Positions 1 to 10,276 of a stretch of 64,000 bases of DNA are shown here, piece by piece. A model generated the notes under the pieces. The model did not search any database and was not told the DNA's origin. It worked only from the letters and a program-made list of their open reading frames with translations. Origin of the DNA: a virus (Duplodnaviria; Caudoviricetes). Numbering within the stretch: the stretch's first letter is position 1; each line of letters starts with the position of its first letter. The stretch spans positions 454,810-518,809 of IMG/VR virus record IMGVR_UViG_3300014205_000170; one strand, given 5' to 3'. Position numbers and translations under genes: made by a program.

Positions 1-2
1 TA

Positions 3-1217
3 GATGGAGTAAAGAAGTTTATGAATTTTTTGGAAATGCCAAAATCAGATAAACATAAATTTATTAAGAAAAATCCAGGCGGAAAAATTATAGCCTCAAG
101 AAAAGAAGTAAAAAGAGAAGGCGGTATAGAAACATCAAAAGATGTTGAATTTGAATTGCCGGAACAACTTGCTGTAACGACACAAAAAGAAAGAAGAGAT
201 TTATTAAAAAACAATGAAGAATATATAAAAAATCTTATTGAAGGAGATGCCGATAAAAAAGAAGTAAATTTTTTAAGATTACTTTTTGGAGAATCTAATC
301 CACAAGATATAAGAAAGACTTTAAAACCAGAGAAAGATAAATTGATTAAATATTATGATGACCCTTCTCATTTTGGGAAATTCAGTATAATAAGAGGAGT
401 GCCATTGCCGGGTATATTTGAATTTTATAGAATTTTCAACAAAGGAGAACAAGTCGGAGTAGTAGAAGGTAAGGAAAAACCATACTATAAATTTGAATTA
501 GAAGATTTGCATAATCCAGAAATTGCAAAGACGGTTATTAATTTTTTTGCTAAACTTTATAAGGCTGATGAAAAAGTTTCTAATATTGATGCAGTAGGAC
601 AATACAAAATATTGGATGATTATATTCATATGTTAGAAATCGCCGGTGAAAGTAAAGAAAAAATTACAGAGATAATTAATAAATATAAACCAACTCAATT
701 ACAGTTTTTTAAAAATTCAGAGGGACTTATTCCTCTTGTGGTATATGAAAAATATTATTCTTTATTAACTAATTATACATCCAAAGAAAACGCTATTACG
801 AACATTAAAGAGAATAAAGAAGAAATAGTAAAAAGAATGGGTTTGGGAGAATATGAAAAACTTTTAAATTTATATTCTACACCAGCTTATGATGTTGAAT
901 ACGGTCATATGGTTGAATTTTTAGGCGAACTTCAAGATGATTACGACATAAATGGAAGAAAAATTAAAACAAGAAAAAGTACTGATTTTTTAGATAAAGG
1001 AAGAAAGTATGAAGTAACTAGAGTTGTATATCCAGAAGAATCTGGTGCTGTATTAAATTCTAAAATAAGAGTTTTAGATAATAGTAAAAATGAAACAGGA
1101 TGGATGCCAACAACTGATTTTAAAGTTCCCATTAAATATATCAATGAATCTGAAATTGTACTTGATTATGTTAGAAGAAAATTGGTAGAAACTTATTTAA
1201 AACAAACTAAAAAATGA
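3..1217 (+). CDS. hypothetical phage protein, probably 5'-truncated by the window edge
   Basis: 398-aa ORF from ATG 21; the frame is open back to position 3; no recognisable motif. Confidence 0.6.
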   Translation, partial: DGVKKFMNFLEMPKSDKHKFIKKNPGGKIIASRKEVKREGGIETSKDVEFELPEQLAVTTQKERRDLLKNNEEYIKNLIEGDADKKEVNFLRLLFGESNPQDIRKTLKPEKDKLIKYYDDPSHFGKFSIIRGVPLPGIFEFYRIFNKGEQVGVVEGKEKPYYKFELEDLHNPEIAKTVINFFAKLYKADEKVSNIDAVGQYKILDDYIHMLEIAGESKEKITEIINKYKPTQLQFFKNSEGLIPLVVYEKYYSLLTNYTSKENAITNIKENKEEIVKRMGLGEYEKLLNLYSTPAYDVEYGHMVEFLGELQDDYDINGRKIKTRKSTDFLDKGRKYEVTRVVYPEESGAVLNSKIRVLDNSKNETGWMPTTDFKVPIKYINESEIVLDYVRRKLVETYLKQTKK

Positions 1218-2014
1218 AAACAAATTTAATACAATCAATAAAAGATTTTTTTGCAAAAAAAAACTTAGTAATTTTTACTTTATTAGCTGCTGTTGTTCTT
1301 TTGGTTTTACTGCAATTTAAATCTTTCGGAGATTTACGTGCTCTTAAAAATCAATCAAAACAAAATGAAGAAGCTTTTAAAAAGGAATTGGTTGTTGAAA
1401 AGAACAAGAGTGGACATCTACAAACATCCGTGGTTGCTTTCGAAGGAAAAATTAAAGACGTAGAAAAATATAGTGCAGAACTTGCGAAGGAAATCAAAGA
1501 CTTGAAACACAGAAAACCGGAAGTAATAATTAAAACACAACTGGTTTATATTGGAGATACTGCTAAAGTTAATAATCAGTTAACAGATAAAGGTAATGGT
1601 AATTATGATTTAGATTGGCAATACATAAATGCAGATAGTTCTCGAATTTTAAATGGCACAAGTTCTTTTAATGCTAAAGTTAAAGTATCAGACCAAACAT
1701 ATTCTATTAGTATTTTGCCCGGAACAACACAAATTAAAAAAGATATCTTAAAAATAGACTTAACGGTTGGAGTTGCAAAAAACAAAAAGACAGGATTTGA
1801 TGAAATTTTCGTTACTCCAAAAAATCCAAATATCACTGTTAGTAAATTAGAAGGCGCAATATTAAACAAACCAAAACAAAATAATTTTAGTGTAAGTGCA
1901 CAACTTGGATATGGAATAGTTTATGGTAAAGGAAATATCACCATGGGTCCATTTGTTGGAGTTGGATTATCCTACAATTTATTAGGAGGAATAAAAAAGA
2001 TTTTTCAAAGATAA
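1214..2014 (+). CDS. membrane-anchored protein, putative spanin-like lysis protein
   Basis: N-terminal TM helix, coiled coil, C-terminal amphipathic beta-hairpin (GPFVGVGLSYNL). Confidence 0.4.
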   Translation: MKTNLIQSIKDFFAKKNLVIFTLLAAVVLLVLLQFKSFGDLRALKNQSKQNEEAFKKELVVEKNKSGHLQTSVVAFEGKIKDVEKYSAELAKEIKDLKHRKPEVIIKTQLVYIGDTAKVNNQLTDKGNGNYDLDWQYINADSSRILNGTSSFNAKVKVSDQTYSISILPGTTQIKKDILKIDLTVGVAKNKKTGFDEIFVTPKNPNITVSKLEGAILNKPKQNNFSVSAQLGYGIVYGKGNITMGPFVGVGLSYNLLGGIKKIFQR

Positions 2015-2266
2015 TTAAGCTTCTTCTCCTTTAATTTTAGCGATTTTTTTAGCAGTTTCTTCATCTTTATAAACTGCAATATCACTACCATTTAATCCAA
2101 CATGTTTTAATGTGGCTTTTGCAATGTTTTCAACTATTTCTAAAGCAAGGTGTTTTAAACTTTCTTTAGTAGGTTCTTCATTATGCCAATTAGCGATGCT
2201 ATTATAAGTTTCGTTAACTAATGCATCTACTTCAAACACTGCTTTGTCATTTTCTTGATTGCTCAT
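2015..2266 (-). CDS. hypothetical protein
   Basis: 83-aa ORF coupled to the upstream ORF. Confidence 0.6.
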   Translation of the reverse strand: MSNQENDKAVFEVDALVNETYNSIANWHNEEPTKESLKHLALEIVENIAKATLKHVGLNGSDIAVYKDEETAKKIAKIKGEEA

Positions 2267-2685
2267 ATTTCTATATTTTTTGTTAATCCAGTTAATTTGT
2301 TTTTTTCTATATAAAATCCTATACTTTTATTACCATCATATTCCGTAGACCATAAGCGCGGAGTGTTGTTTTTCCATAAAGTATTTTTTGTGTGAATCTT
2401 ACCGGTTGTTAAATTTGTTTGTTCAAAGAAAATTTCTTCACCATTATCAGAATACCTTTTTTTTATGTTATATTTTTCACCATATTCTTCTATCTCATAA
2501 TCTTTATAAACATCGTTAATTAGCTTTTGGTGTTTAATTGTTTTGAAATTAGTTTTATTTTTTTCATTTGTAATAAGCACAATTCTTCCATTAGCTAAAT
2601 ATTTATACTCATAACGTGTTTTACTGATAGGCTCAAATTGAAAAATGAGTCTACCTAAAATATCATATTCTATATTATCAAACAT
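2263..2685 (-). CDS. hypothetical protein
   Basis: 140-aa ORF. Confidence 0.55.
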   Translation of the reverse strand: MFDNIEYDILGRLIFQFEPISKTRYEYKYLANGRIVLITNEKNKTNFKTIKHQKLINDVYKDYEIEEYGEKYNIKKRYSDNGEEIFFEQTNLTTGKIHTKNTLWKNNTPRLWSTEYDGNKSIGFYIEKNKLTGLTKNIEI

Positions 2686-2728
2686 TCAAGAATTTACTTT
2701 AAATCATTACAAGTTCATATTTACATAT

Positions 2729-3625
2729 ATGAAGAATGATTCTATACAAATTAATAAAGAAATCATTAAAAAAGCAATATGTCATTATGCCGCCTTAATA
2801 AGGCCGGAACAACTGCCAGAACCTATTTTTAAAATTCTATCTCCATATATTAACCCCAATTTTATTGAGGATAAAGTACTTCTTTCTAGTGAAAGAATTA
2901 AAAACCATATAGATTGGGATAAAATAGACAAAATGAAGCTAATTAGGCTTATTATAAGAGATAAGTTTATTTTAGAACGTATTGATTTGAATAAGCATGA
3001 TTTTACTCTTAGAGAGCTTATTCCCATCTTTATAATGCATCCGGATTTAATTGATTATTTTGATATAGACTTCAATAGTCTATCTGCCGTAGATGCCATC
3101 AAGATGTTAGAGATAAACTCTGCTTTCATTGCTAAAATCGATATAGGAAGGTATTCTTATTCTAAAGGAGAAGTGGTAAAAATACTAGAATCTTTTCATG
3201 ATAAAGCAGAAATAATAGACAAATTAAATTTGGATACTTTAGACCATTATGCTATTAGAACTTTATTATTAAAAAGTGGGGATAAGTACGTACACAAATT
3301 AGATTTATCTAAAATAAAAGCTTTGGATTGGATAGAGATTTTAAATAAAAAACCAGAATTGATAAATCATTGTAAAACATCAATTTTTGAAATTGGTGAT
3401 TGTTTTTTATTAACTAAACTGGTGCAAATTTTGCCGGAGTATGATTATTTGATTCAAGATAATAAAGATAAGATTTCTGCACTAGGTTGGGAGCACCTAT
3501 TAATATTCGATTCAGAAAAATATTCTAAGTATTGTAATTTTGAATTATTGTCTAAGAAAAATTGGGAGATTATAATTAGAAAACATCCGAGCATGACTAA
3601 TCTCATGCATAGATATGTATTATAA
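2729..3625 (+). CDS. helical-repeat protein (about 22-aa units such as ALDWIEILNKKPELI)
   Basis: ORF track 2645..3625; likely start ATG 2729; repeated W-x-x-[IL] helical units. Confidence 0.55.
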   Translation: MKNDSIQINKEIIKKAICHYAALIRPEQLPEPIFKILSPYINPNFIEDKVLLSSERIKNHIDWDKIDKMKLIRLIIRDKFILERIDLNKHDFTLRELIPIFIMHPDLIDYFDIDFNSLSAVDAIKMLEINSAFIAKIDIGRYSYSKGEVVKILESFHDKAEIIDKLNLDTLDHYAIRTLLLKSGDKYVHKLDLSKIKALDWIEILNKKPELINHCKTSIFEIGDCFLLTKLVQILPEYDYLIQDNKDKISALGWEHLLIFDSEKYSKYCNFELLSKKNWEIIIRKHPSMTNLMHRYVL

Positions 3626-3922
3626 ATTCTCTTCGTCTAAAGTAATAGAATGTGGCTCTCTATTAACCATTTCTTTTCCTTTTTTGATTTTGTGTTTCCA
3701 CATTTTAAGCATTACGATAGCTTTACCAATTAAATCTTCTGCATCATCATATTGGTCATCATCAATCTTTTGAATCAAAGAATTTACATTATTAGCAAAT
3801 TCAGATTTTACTCTATTCCAATCTAGGCCAGCTCTCATAATAAGGTCATGTTCATTGACGTTATCCATTTCAGACATTATGTTTCTGACAAGGGTTCTCA
3901 ATTGTTTTTCTTTATTCTCCAT
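3620..3922 (-). CDS. putative virion-associated protein with LRTLVRNIMSE helix motif
   Basis: 100-aa ORF with upstream coding-strand TATTTA motif. Confidence 0.5.
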   Translation of the reverse strand: MENKEKQLRTLVRNIMSEMDNVNEHDLIMRAGLDWNRVKSEFANNVNSLIQKIDDDQYDDAEDLIGKAIVMLKMWKHKIKKGKEMVNREPHSITLDEENL

Positions 3923-4007
3923 CTGGCTTTTTGTTGTGTTAATAACTTTTTAGTATAAATATGAAAAAAAATTGCCTAGACTCTTGGTTTTTAATTCAAA
4001 ATATACT

Positions 4008-4015
4008 TATCTTTG
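4008..4015 (+). promoter_or_regulatory. Bacteroidota sigmaA-type -7 box (TATCTTTG) upstream of the tRNA cluster
   Basis: matches TAnnTTTG; 32 nt upstream of the first tRNA. Confidence 0.65.
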
Positions 4016-4047
4016 TATCGTTAGTTCTTTTAAATGATTAATTATAT

Positions 4048-4120
4048 GTTGATGTAGCATATTGCGAATGCGTCGCCCTGAACAAGCGAAGAGTAACAGG
4101 TTCAATTCCTTTCGTCAACA
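4048..4120 (+). tRNA. atypical tRNA-Phe(GAA)
   Basis: GTTGATG/CGTCAAC acceptor, GCAT/ATGC D-stem, loop CTGAACA, T-loop TTCAATT; C31.A39 mismatch, bulged T-stem, no encoded CCA. Confidence 0.75.
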
Positions 4121-4125
4121 CAAAC

Positions 4126-4205
4126 GTGGATGTAGCTTATAATACATTAAAGTGCTGGCCTGAAAAACCAGAGAATGGTAAGTTTGTATCTTCCCATCCA
4201 CACCA
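4126..4205 (+). tRNA. atypical tRNA-Phe(GAA)
   Basis: GTGGATG/CATCCAC acceptor plus ACCA, loop CTGAAAA; C31.A39 mismatch, bulged T-stem, deviant T-loop TTTGTAT. Confidence 0.7.
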
Positions 4206-4216
4206 ATTAAGAATAT

Positions 4217-4313
4217 GGCAAGGTAGCTCAGTGGTGGTTCTCTGCAAAGAGAATCTTTAAGAGCAATGCCCTGAAAAAGCATGAGTCGGAGTGTTCGATT
4301 CCTCCTCTTGCCA
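4217..4313 (+). tRNA. atypical tRNA-Phe(GAA) with an extra hairpin in the D-loop
   Basis: GGCAAGG/TCTTGCC acceptor; GCTC/GAGC D-stem enclosing GGTTCTCT-GCAA-AGAGAATC; loop CTGAAAA; T-loop TTCGATT. Confidence 0.75.
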
Positions 4314-4319
4314 CAAATG

Positions 4320-4350
4320 AACCCCAGAAATAATATTTTTGGGGTTTTTT
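4320..4350 (+). terminator. intrinsic terminator after the tRNA cluster
   Basis: AACCCCAGAAA/TTTTTGGGGTT stem followed by a T run. Confidence 0.75.
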
Positions 4351-4432
4351 ATTTTGAATATTTATATTTTTAGACTGATAAGTGAAGTTGATAACTTAAA
4401 ACACCAATGAATGGATTCTGATAGTTGCAAAC

Positions 4433-4888
4433 GTGAACAGAAAGAAAGAGACACTCAAGAACAAAATGACGGCCCCAAACAGCACAGAATGGCTCGGAAC
4501 CGTAACTCTAATGGGGGGAATGTTTTTCCTTCCACTTGGATACGACGTTCTATTTCTAAACCTAATGAAATTAACCGGTTCTTATTGGATTACGGATTTT
4601 ATTTTTTACTGCCTTTCAGCACTATTCTTTATACTACACTATTCTTTTTCTCGTAAAATCCTACTTATGTTAGGAACATTCTTCCTTCCTTTTGGATACG
4701 ATTTCTTATTTAAAACAATTTTAGATTATACTGGCTCTTATGTTATTACAGATTCTGTATTTTACATAACATCATTTGTATTGTTTATAATACATTTTAC
4801 AATTAATAAAACTAATCCCTTAGATGAAATTCAAAAGAGAACTTTAGAAACGAAGTTAAAAATAATGGATTTTAAATCTAAAATTTGA
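4433..4888 (+). CDS. membrane protein with an internally duplicated two-TM unit
   Basis: two copies of FFLPxGYDxLF...TGSYxITDxxFY. Confidence 0.65.
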   Translation: MNRKKETLKNKMTAPNSTEWLGTVTLMGGMFFLPLGYDVLFLNLMKLTGSYWITDFIFYCLSALFFILHYSFSRKILLMLGTFFLPFGYDFLFKTILDYTGSYVITDSVFYITSFVLFIIHFTINKTNPLDEIQKRTLETKLKIMDFKSKI

Positions 4889-4892
4889 CTGA

Positions 4893-5894
4893 TTAATGAG
4901 AATCAGCATTTAAACCAAGAGATTTTAATAATGCAATTGCTGGATTATAACCTCCGCCGCTTTTAAATCTAAGTATGTGTTTATTATTAAAATGTTCATC
5001 ATCATTTAAGAGAGCATATGCTGTATCTTCATCTATTCCAATCTTTTTTATACTTAATTTGTTTTGTAAAATCCAATCCCATTGAGCATTCGCATCTAAT
5101 GCATCAAATTCTGTTTTCATTGTATTTAAATCCATAGGATTATCTATGGTATCCAAAAGAGTTTGTATCTTATCAGGAATTTTACCCCCATTTATAGATT
5201 TGATTCTATCTAATTCTCTTGTTATGGAAGGAGTATCTTTTTTTACGTTGAAACCAGTTTCTTTAATAGCCCTAACTATTCTTTGGTAAAATGTATCAAT
5301 TATATTGTCGGGTATAAAATCTTCACTTTCTTTAAGAATATTTTGAACTGTTTTTCTTATCTCTTTCATAATTTCTTTTGGCTCTGCCACTTCTTGTGGA
5401 GTTTTACCGGTTTTAATGATATTATCAAACAAAGCGTAATCTAGATACATAAATTCTACACTACTTACATTTGCTCTTTTTGGAATAATCATCGTTTGAC
5501 CATATTTATTTCTAAAACCGTCATGATGAAAATTAACTACTTTTTTCTGGTTATCAACCCTTTTAATTAAAGCTATAAATTCGCCTTCTCTAGGTACTTC
5601 ATCTGTTTGGCCAGGTACTTTATATTTTCCTCTAAACAAAGCCCAATAACCAGCTTTTATCTCTCGGTTATCCCCTAAAGGATTTTGACCTTCAATACCA
5701 GAGGTTAAATCAACCAAATCAGCCTCTTTAATTCGATTTGCAGTGTCTATCAGTTTTGCGAGGTAAGAAGTGGTTAGTTTTGGTTTATATCCCTTTAAAA
5801 GCTTTAATGCGCGTTGAAGACCTATAGTGCCACCTTCTTTGTATCCTTTTACTAAAAGAAAAAAGTTTAATTGTTTTGTGTTTTTAGATGGCAT
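4893..5894 (-). CDS. putative virion-associated protein (IRKTVQNILKES motif)
   Basis: 333-aa ORF with upstream TATTTA motif. Confidence 0.55.
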   Translation of the reverse strand: MPSKNTKQLNFFLLVKGYKEGGTIGLQRALKLLKGYKPKLTTSYLAKLIDTANRIKEADLVDLTSGIEGQNPLGDNREIKAGYWALFRGKYKVPGQTDEVPREGEFIALIKRVDNQKKVVNFHHDGFRNKYGQTMIIPKRANVSSVEFMYLDYALFDNIIKTGKTPQEVAEPKEIMKEIRKTVQNILKESEDFIPDNIIDTFYQRIVRAIKETGFNVKKDTPSITRELDRIKSINGGKIPDKIQTLLDTIDNPMDLNTMKTEFDALDANAQWDWILQNKLSIKKIGIDEDTAYALLNDDEHFNNKHILRFKSGGGYNPAIALLKSLGLNADSH

Positions 5895-5977
5895 TAATTC
5901 TTTGTTTAATGTTTATAAATATCCTATGTTTTATTAAAGTCAAAGGCTATTTTTCTTATTTTTACAAAAAAGAAAAA

Positions 5978-7162
5978 ATGGAGCAATACATTGAACTTAT
6001 CAAAAGAATCATTAGCGAAGGAAAAGAAAAAGAAGATAGAACTGGAACCGGAACAATATCTATTTTTGGACACCAAAGCGTATATGATTTATCTAAAGGA
6101 TTTCCTTTACTTACTGCCAAAGCTACATATACTAAAGGTATAATTGTTGAATTGTTATGGTTTCTCGGTATTCATTTAAAAGATGAAAAATACCAAAAAT
6201 TTTCTATGACCAATATCAAATATTTAGTAGATAATAACGTAAACATCTGGAATGAATGGGCTCACAGAGATATGGTAAAGTATCAAAAGGAAGTTTCTGA
6301 AAAAATAAAAATTGAAAATCCGAATGTTGAATTTAATTTAAAAATAGACCTAATTTCACTACAAGAATTTACTCAAAGAATCAAAGAAGATGATGGCTTT
6401 GCAGAAAAATGGGGTAATCTAGGGTCTGTATATGGACAACAGTGGCGTAAGTGGAAATTTACGGACTATGAAAAAACGCAAGAAAATACTTTTCAAGCAA
6501 AAATTGGTTTTATCGACCAGATTAAATATGCCATAGAGAGACTTAAAACAAATCCGGAAGACCGTGGAATAATAATCTCTGCTTGGAATGTGGGAGAACT
6601 TGACCAAATGGCTTTAAGACCTTGTCATACAATGTTTCAATTATATGCTGAACCTTTATCTTATAAGGAACGATTAGATGTGTATGAAAAAAATATTAAA
6701 GTGGATACGGCTGATTTTAAAACAGAAGAAAAATTAGATAATAGAGGAGTGCCGAAATATAAATTGTCCTTACAGCTTTATCAAAGGTCAGCAGATGTCT
6801 TCTTGGGAGTGCCATTTAATATAGCTTCTTATTCAATATTATTACAAATGATTGCTCAAGTTACCAATATGACTATTGGTAATTTTATACACACATTCGG
6901 GGATGCGCACATATACAAGAACCACAAGACACAAGTAAATGAATTATTAAAAAAAATATCTCCAGAATTAAGAGACAATCCAGAGTCTATAGATTTTTAT
7001 GAGAACAAATCTTTGTTAACACAAGTTGGTAATGATTGGCCGGTATTACCAACATTGTGGCTTAATACGAGCGTAAAAAGTATTGAGGATTTTACAATTG
7101 AAGATATAAAGATAAAAGATTACAAACCCTTCCCAAAAATTGAAGCGCCAATTGCGGTATGA
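5978..7162 (+). CDS. thyA: thymidylate synthase
   Basis: EDRTGTGT, LRPCH catalytic Cys, QLYQRSADVFLGVPFNIASY, GDAHIY; start moved to MEQYIEL. Confidence 0.97.
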   Translation: MEQYIELIKRIISEGKEKEDRTGTGTISIFGHQSVYDLSKGFPLLTAKATYTKGIIVELLWFLGIHLKDEKYQKFSMTNIKYLVDNNVNIWNEWAHRDMVKYQKEVSEKIKIENPNVEFNLKIDLISLQEFTQRIKEDDGFAEKWGNLGSVYGQQWRKWKFTDYEKTQENTFQAKIGFIDQIKYAIERLKTNPEDRGIIISAWNVGELDQMALRPCHTMFQLYAEPLSYKERLDVYEKNIKVDTADFKTEEKLDNRGVPKYKLSLQLYQRSADVFLGVPFNIASYSILLQMIAQVTNMTIGNFIHTFGDAHIYKNHKTQVNELLKKISPELRDNPESIDFYENKSLLTQVGNDWPVLPTLWLNTSVKSIEDFTIEDIKIKDYKPFPKIEAPIAV

Positions 7163-9240
7163 GGGACAAAAAATCTTACATATCTATTATTTTTGATTTA
7201 GAGAAAAAACCTTCCTATAAAGATTCTTATACAAGTAATTATGATAGTTCTGGTAATTTAATCTCTACTGTCAAAAAAAAGTTTGCAGGATATTCAAAAA
7301 AATATCTTAATCAAAGATGGGGAATATATTGTAAGTGTGGATATTGCACGGAATCTTCGGTTGACAACATTTGTTTGAAAGGTGATAATTTTTCTTTTAA
7401 AGAAAATGTGAATTGCCTTCATTGTAATGAAGTGTATAATTCAAATTCAAATCTGAGATTTTTAAATTCAAAAAACACAGAAGCCAATGTTGTTTCAAGA
7501 AGGTTTGCGTTTGTAGAAAAAAAAGATTTTTACGCATTGTACTCTTTTGCAACCAGCGTAATGATTTCAGTCACAACCAAAAAATTAATTTTTAAAGACC
7601 ATGGAAATTTGTCTCTATATGTTTCAAAAAAGAACAAAGCAATTAAGCTACGAATTGGCAAGGGCATAAAAACAATACCATTAAAAAACTTAACAGTTGC
7701 ATGCTTAGCTCTAATAGATGAATTATCATCTAATTTGTTATATGAAGATATGATTAATCAAAATGATTTTGAAAAAAGATTCATACAACCATTATTGGAC
7801 TTTTCAAATGCAGTAGAGCAAAAGTGTGACCAAAGAGATGTCCAAAAAATCTTAATGTCTTTAAATGATAATCAAAGCAAGCAGTATTTTGAATCCTTTT
7901 TTAAAGAGTCAACAACTAGAGGTTTTAATTATCCTGATTTTTTCAAGCACGATTACTTATATGATTGGAATTCTTTCAATCGTTGTTCAGAAAATATTTC
8001 TGCTTACCGGTATATATGGATACAATATTTTAAACAAAGAATCCCTTTAATGTTAAGTATTTATTTATATCCACCTCTAGCTACTCTTGCGATTTCATAT
8101 GGTTCGAATAAACTTTTAAATTTATTTCAAAAGTCAACTTTAATGTGTTCTTTAACAGATTTGTTAAGAAAAAAACCTACAAATCCAAAAGACATTTTAG
8201 AAATAATGTTTAAAAATAAAATTCTAACTGAGTTTCACAAAAACAAAAAAATCAAAAAAGATGTACAAAAAGAAAACAAAAAAAGAGTTAGAAAATTCAC
8301 AAAAAATTCTCCAAAAATCATTCGACATCCAACTTTATTTAATGACAGTAGGGTGCCAATTAATAAAAACATTAAAATACAATTAAAGAGTATTAAATTT
8401 AAAAAACTCTACGTTGATTTATTTTTGCATAGGTTTGATAGTGCAGCCACATTATTTTATGGATTCTTAAATAATCAATCTTCGTTTGATAATATTGAAA
8501 CTTTAAATCGAATACTTTATTATGAAAATTTTGGAACCATTCAAAGGAGAATTAATTTATTATTTGAAATACAAAACAGTTTTCAACACATAGAAAGAAG
8601 ATTAGAAAATTTTAAAATAGACTTTAAAACAGCACAGCATTTATTTAAATTAAATGACAGCAATTTAAAAGATTTCACAAGACTTCTACATTGTTATATT
8701 GATAGTATATATATGTTACAAACTTTAAATCTTCCTATTGATGATATTTTTAAAATAAAATCTTATACAGAGTTAAATAATTTACATGATAATTTAAATA
8801 AAACCTTTCAATTAAAATCAGATGAAAGAATAAATACAATGTTAAAAAAGCATGTTGCTCATTTTAAACACACAGAAGTCATGTTAAATAAAATAAGTTT
8901 TTCAATTTTAGATACTCCAGAACGATTTTATGATGAATCTGATTTTATGAATCATTGCGTAAAAACATATTATAAATGTACTGCTGAGGGAAAATATATA
9001 ATCTATTCTGTAGTTGATTCTACAACAAATGATAGAGCGACCTTAAGTATTAGTCTAGTTGGGAATGATGGATATTATTTTGACCAATTAAAAGCCAAAC
9101 ATAATCAAAAAACAACGGTTAATATTATTTCTGCAACTAGAAAATTCTTAGAAAAGTATTTTAAAATCGATACAGAACAAGATAAGTGTGATTTGCTAAT
9201 AACAGAAGAAATGGTTTCACAAACAAATTCTATTTTTTGA
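7159..9240 (+). CDS. PcfJ-like domain protein
   Basis: C-terminal LHD...ESDFMNHCVKTY...RATLSI...QLKAKHN; N-terminal Cys pairs. Confidence 0.6.
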   Translation: MRDKKSYISIIFDLEKKPSYKDSYTSNYDSSGNLISTVKKKFAGYSKKYLNQRWGIYCKCGYCTESSVDNICLKGDNFSFKENVNCLHCNEVYNSNSNLRFLNSKNTEANVVSRRFAFVEKKDFYALYSFATSVMISVTTKKLIFKDHGNLSLYVSKKNKAIKLRIGKGIKTIPLKNLTVACLALIDELSSNLLYEDMINQNDFEKRFIQPLLDFSNAVEQKCDQRDVQKILMSLNDNQSKQYFESFFKESTTRGFNYPDFFKHDYLYDWNSFNRCSENISAYRYIWIQYFKQRIPLMLSIYLYPPLATLAISYGSNKLLNLFQKSTLMCSLTDLLRKKPTNPKDILEIMFKNKILTEFHKNKKIKKDVQKENKKRVRKFTKNSPKIIRHPTLFNDSRVPINKNIKIQLKSIKFKKLYVDLFLHRFDSAATLFYGFLNNQSSFDNIETLNRILYYENFGTIQRRINLLFEIQNSFQHIERRLENFKIDFKTAQHLFKLNDSNLKDFTRLLHCYIDSIYMLQTLNLPIDDIFKIKSYTELNNLHDNLNKTFQLKSDERINTMLKKHVAHFKHTEVMLNKISFSILDTPERFYDESDFMNHCVKTYYKCTAEGKYIIYSVVDSTTNDRATLSISLVGNDGYYFDQLKAKHNQKTTVNIISATRKFLEKYFKIDTEQDKCDLLITEEMVSQTNSIF

Positions 9241-9285
9241 TGTCTGGATACTTTGAAATATTAAATAATAATATTAAATTTGATT

Positions 9286-10062
9286 ATGGCAAAGTTTAAT
9301 ATAGAAATACCTGGCGAAATACTAACGTCTAATTCTAAAGAAATAAATTTTGAATTATTAAAAGATAAAACTATTATCGGATTTTGCGGATATGCTAGGT
9401 CTGGGAAAGATACATTAGGAAATTTAATGGTTCAAAAGCTTGGTTTTAAACGTATCTCCTTTGGGGATATGTTAAAAAAAGACCTTGATGAATATATGAA
9501 GGTTCAAGTTTTTAATGAATTAGTTAATAATGGTACGGACATAAAGCTTGAAGATGTTAATTTTTTAAATCCAAAAACTCTTGAAATAAAGGAAATTTTA
9601 AGACCATATATGATATGGTTTGGAGAGACAATGAAAGAAAATAATGGCATGCATCATTGGACAAATAGAGCATTGGCCGAAATTGGAGATAGTAAAAAAG
9701 TAGTCATTACAGACGTGAGAAGAGTGAATGAATTAGAATTGTTTATGTATAACGAAGAACAAAGAAAGAGAAGGATGCAGAATATGATTTTGGCAGAAAT
9801 GCCTTCTGAAAATCTTTCGTTTGTTCATGAAAATGAAACCACAGAAGATTTTAAAAGTTTATTAATAAATATAAATCAATTAAAGCTATCTGATACTGAC
9901 CAAAAAACTTTGGATACAATTCGTTTGGCTCAAGAAAATTGGTTGTTTGACTATGTGGTTCAGGTTGATTCTAGAATCCCAGACAAAGGAGGATATAGGG
10001 AAAAATACATGTATAATCAACTTCTTCAATTAGTTAATAAATTTCCAAAATATTTTGTGTAA
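9286..10062 (+). CDS. deoxynucleoside monophosphate kinase (T4 gp1-like)
   Basis: IIGFCGYARSGKDT P-loop, SFGDMLK, VVITDVRRVNE. Confidence 0.85.
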   Translation: MAKFNIEIPGEILTSNSKEINFELLKDKTIIGFCGYARSGKDTLGNLMVQKLGFKRISFGDMLKKDLDEYMKVQVFNELVNNGTDIKLEDVNFLNPKTLEIKEILRPYMIWFGETMKENNGMHHWTNRALAEIGDSKKVVITDVRRVNELELFMYNEEQRKRRMQNMILAEMPSENLSFVHENETTEDFKSLLININQLKLSDTDQKTLDTIRLAQENWLFDYVVQVDSRIPDKGGYREKYMYNQLLQLVNKFPKYFV

Positions 10063-10106
10063 TTTTGTAACATTTTTAGTACTTTTCAGTTTAAACAATA
10101 TATACT

Positions 10107-10265
10107 ATGAAAACCAATAATAATACAGAGCCTGCTGTACTCCCAAGGCCAACGACTAAACCTGAGACCAATCCGGGCACATCAGACCCAAAAACTAATC
10201 CTGGAAAAGATAAAGACCCTTGGAAAGTTCCAAACCCAAATTTAGACCCAACCCCAAAAGCTTAA
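10107..10265 (+). CDS. 52-aa proline-rich peptide (not in the ORF track)
   Basis: MKTNNNTEPAVLPRPTTKPETNPGTSDPKTNPGKDKDPWKVPNPNLDPTPKA fills the intergenic gap. Confidence 0.55.
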   Translation: MKTNNNTEPAVLPRPTTKPETNPGTSDPKTNPGKDKDPWKVPNPNLDPTPKA

Positions 10266-10276
10266 TTAAAACAGAC

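Noticed and set aside
4048-4313. Reading the three tRNAs as Ser(UGA) or as opal/Sec suppressors
   Set aside because: With U33 in register the anticodon is GAA, and there is no long variable arm or UCA anticodon.
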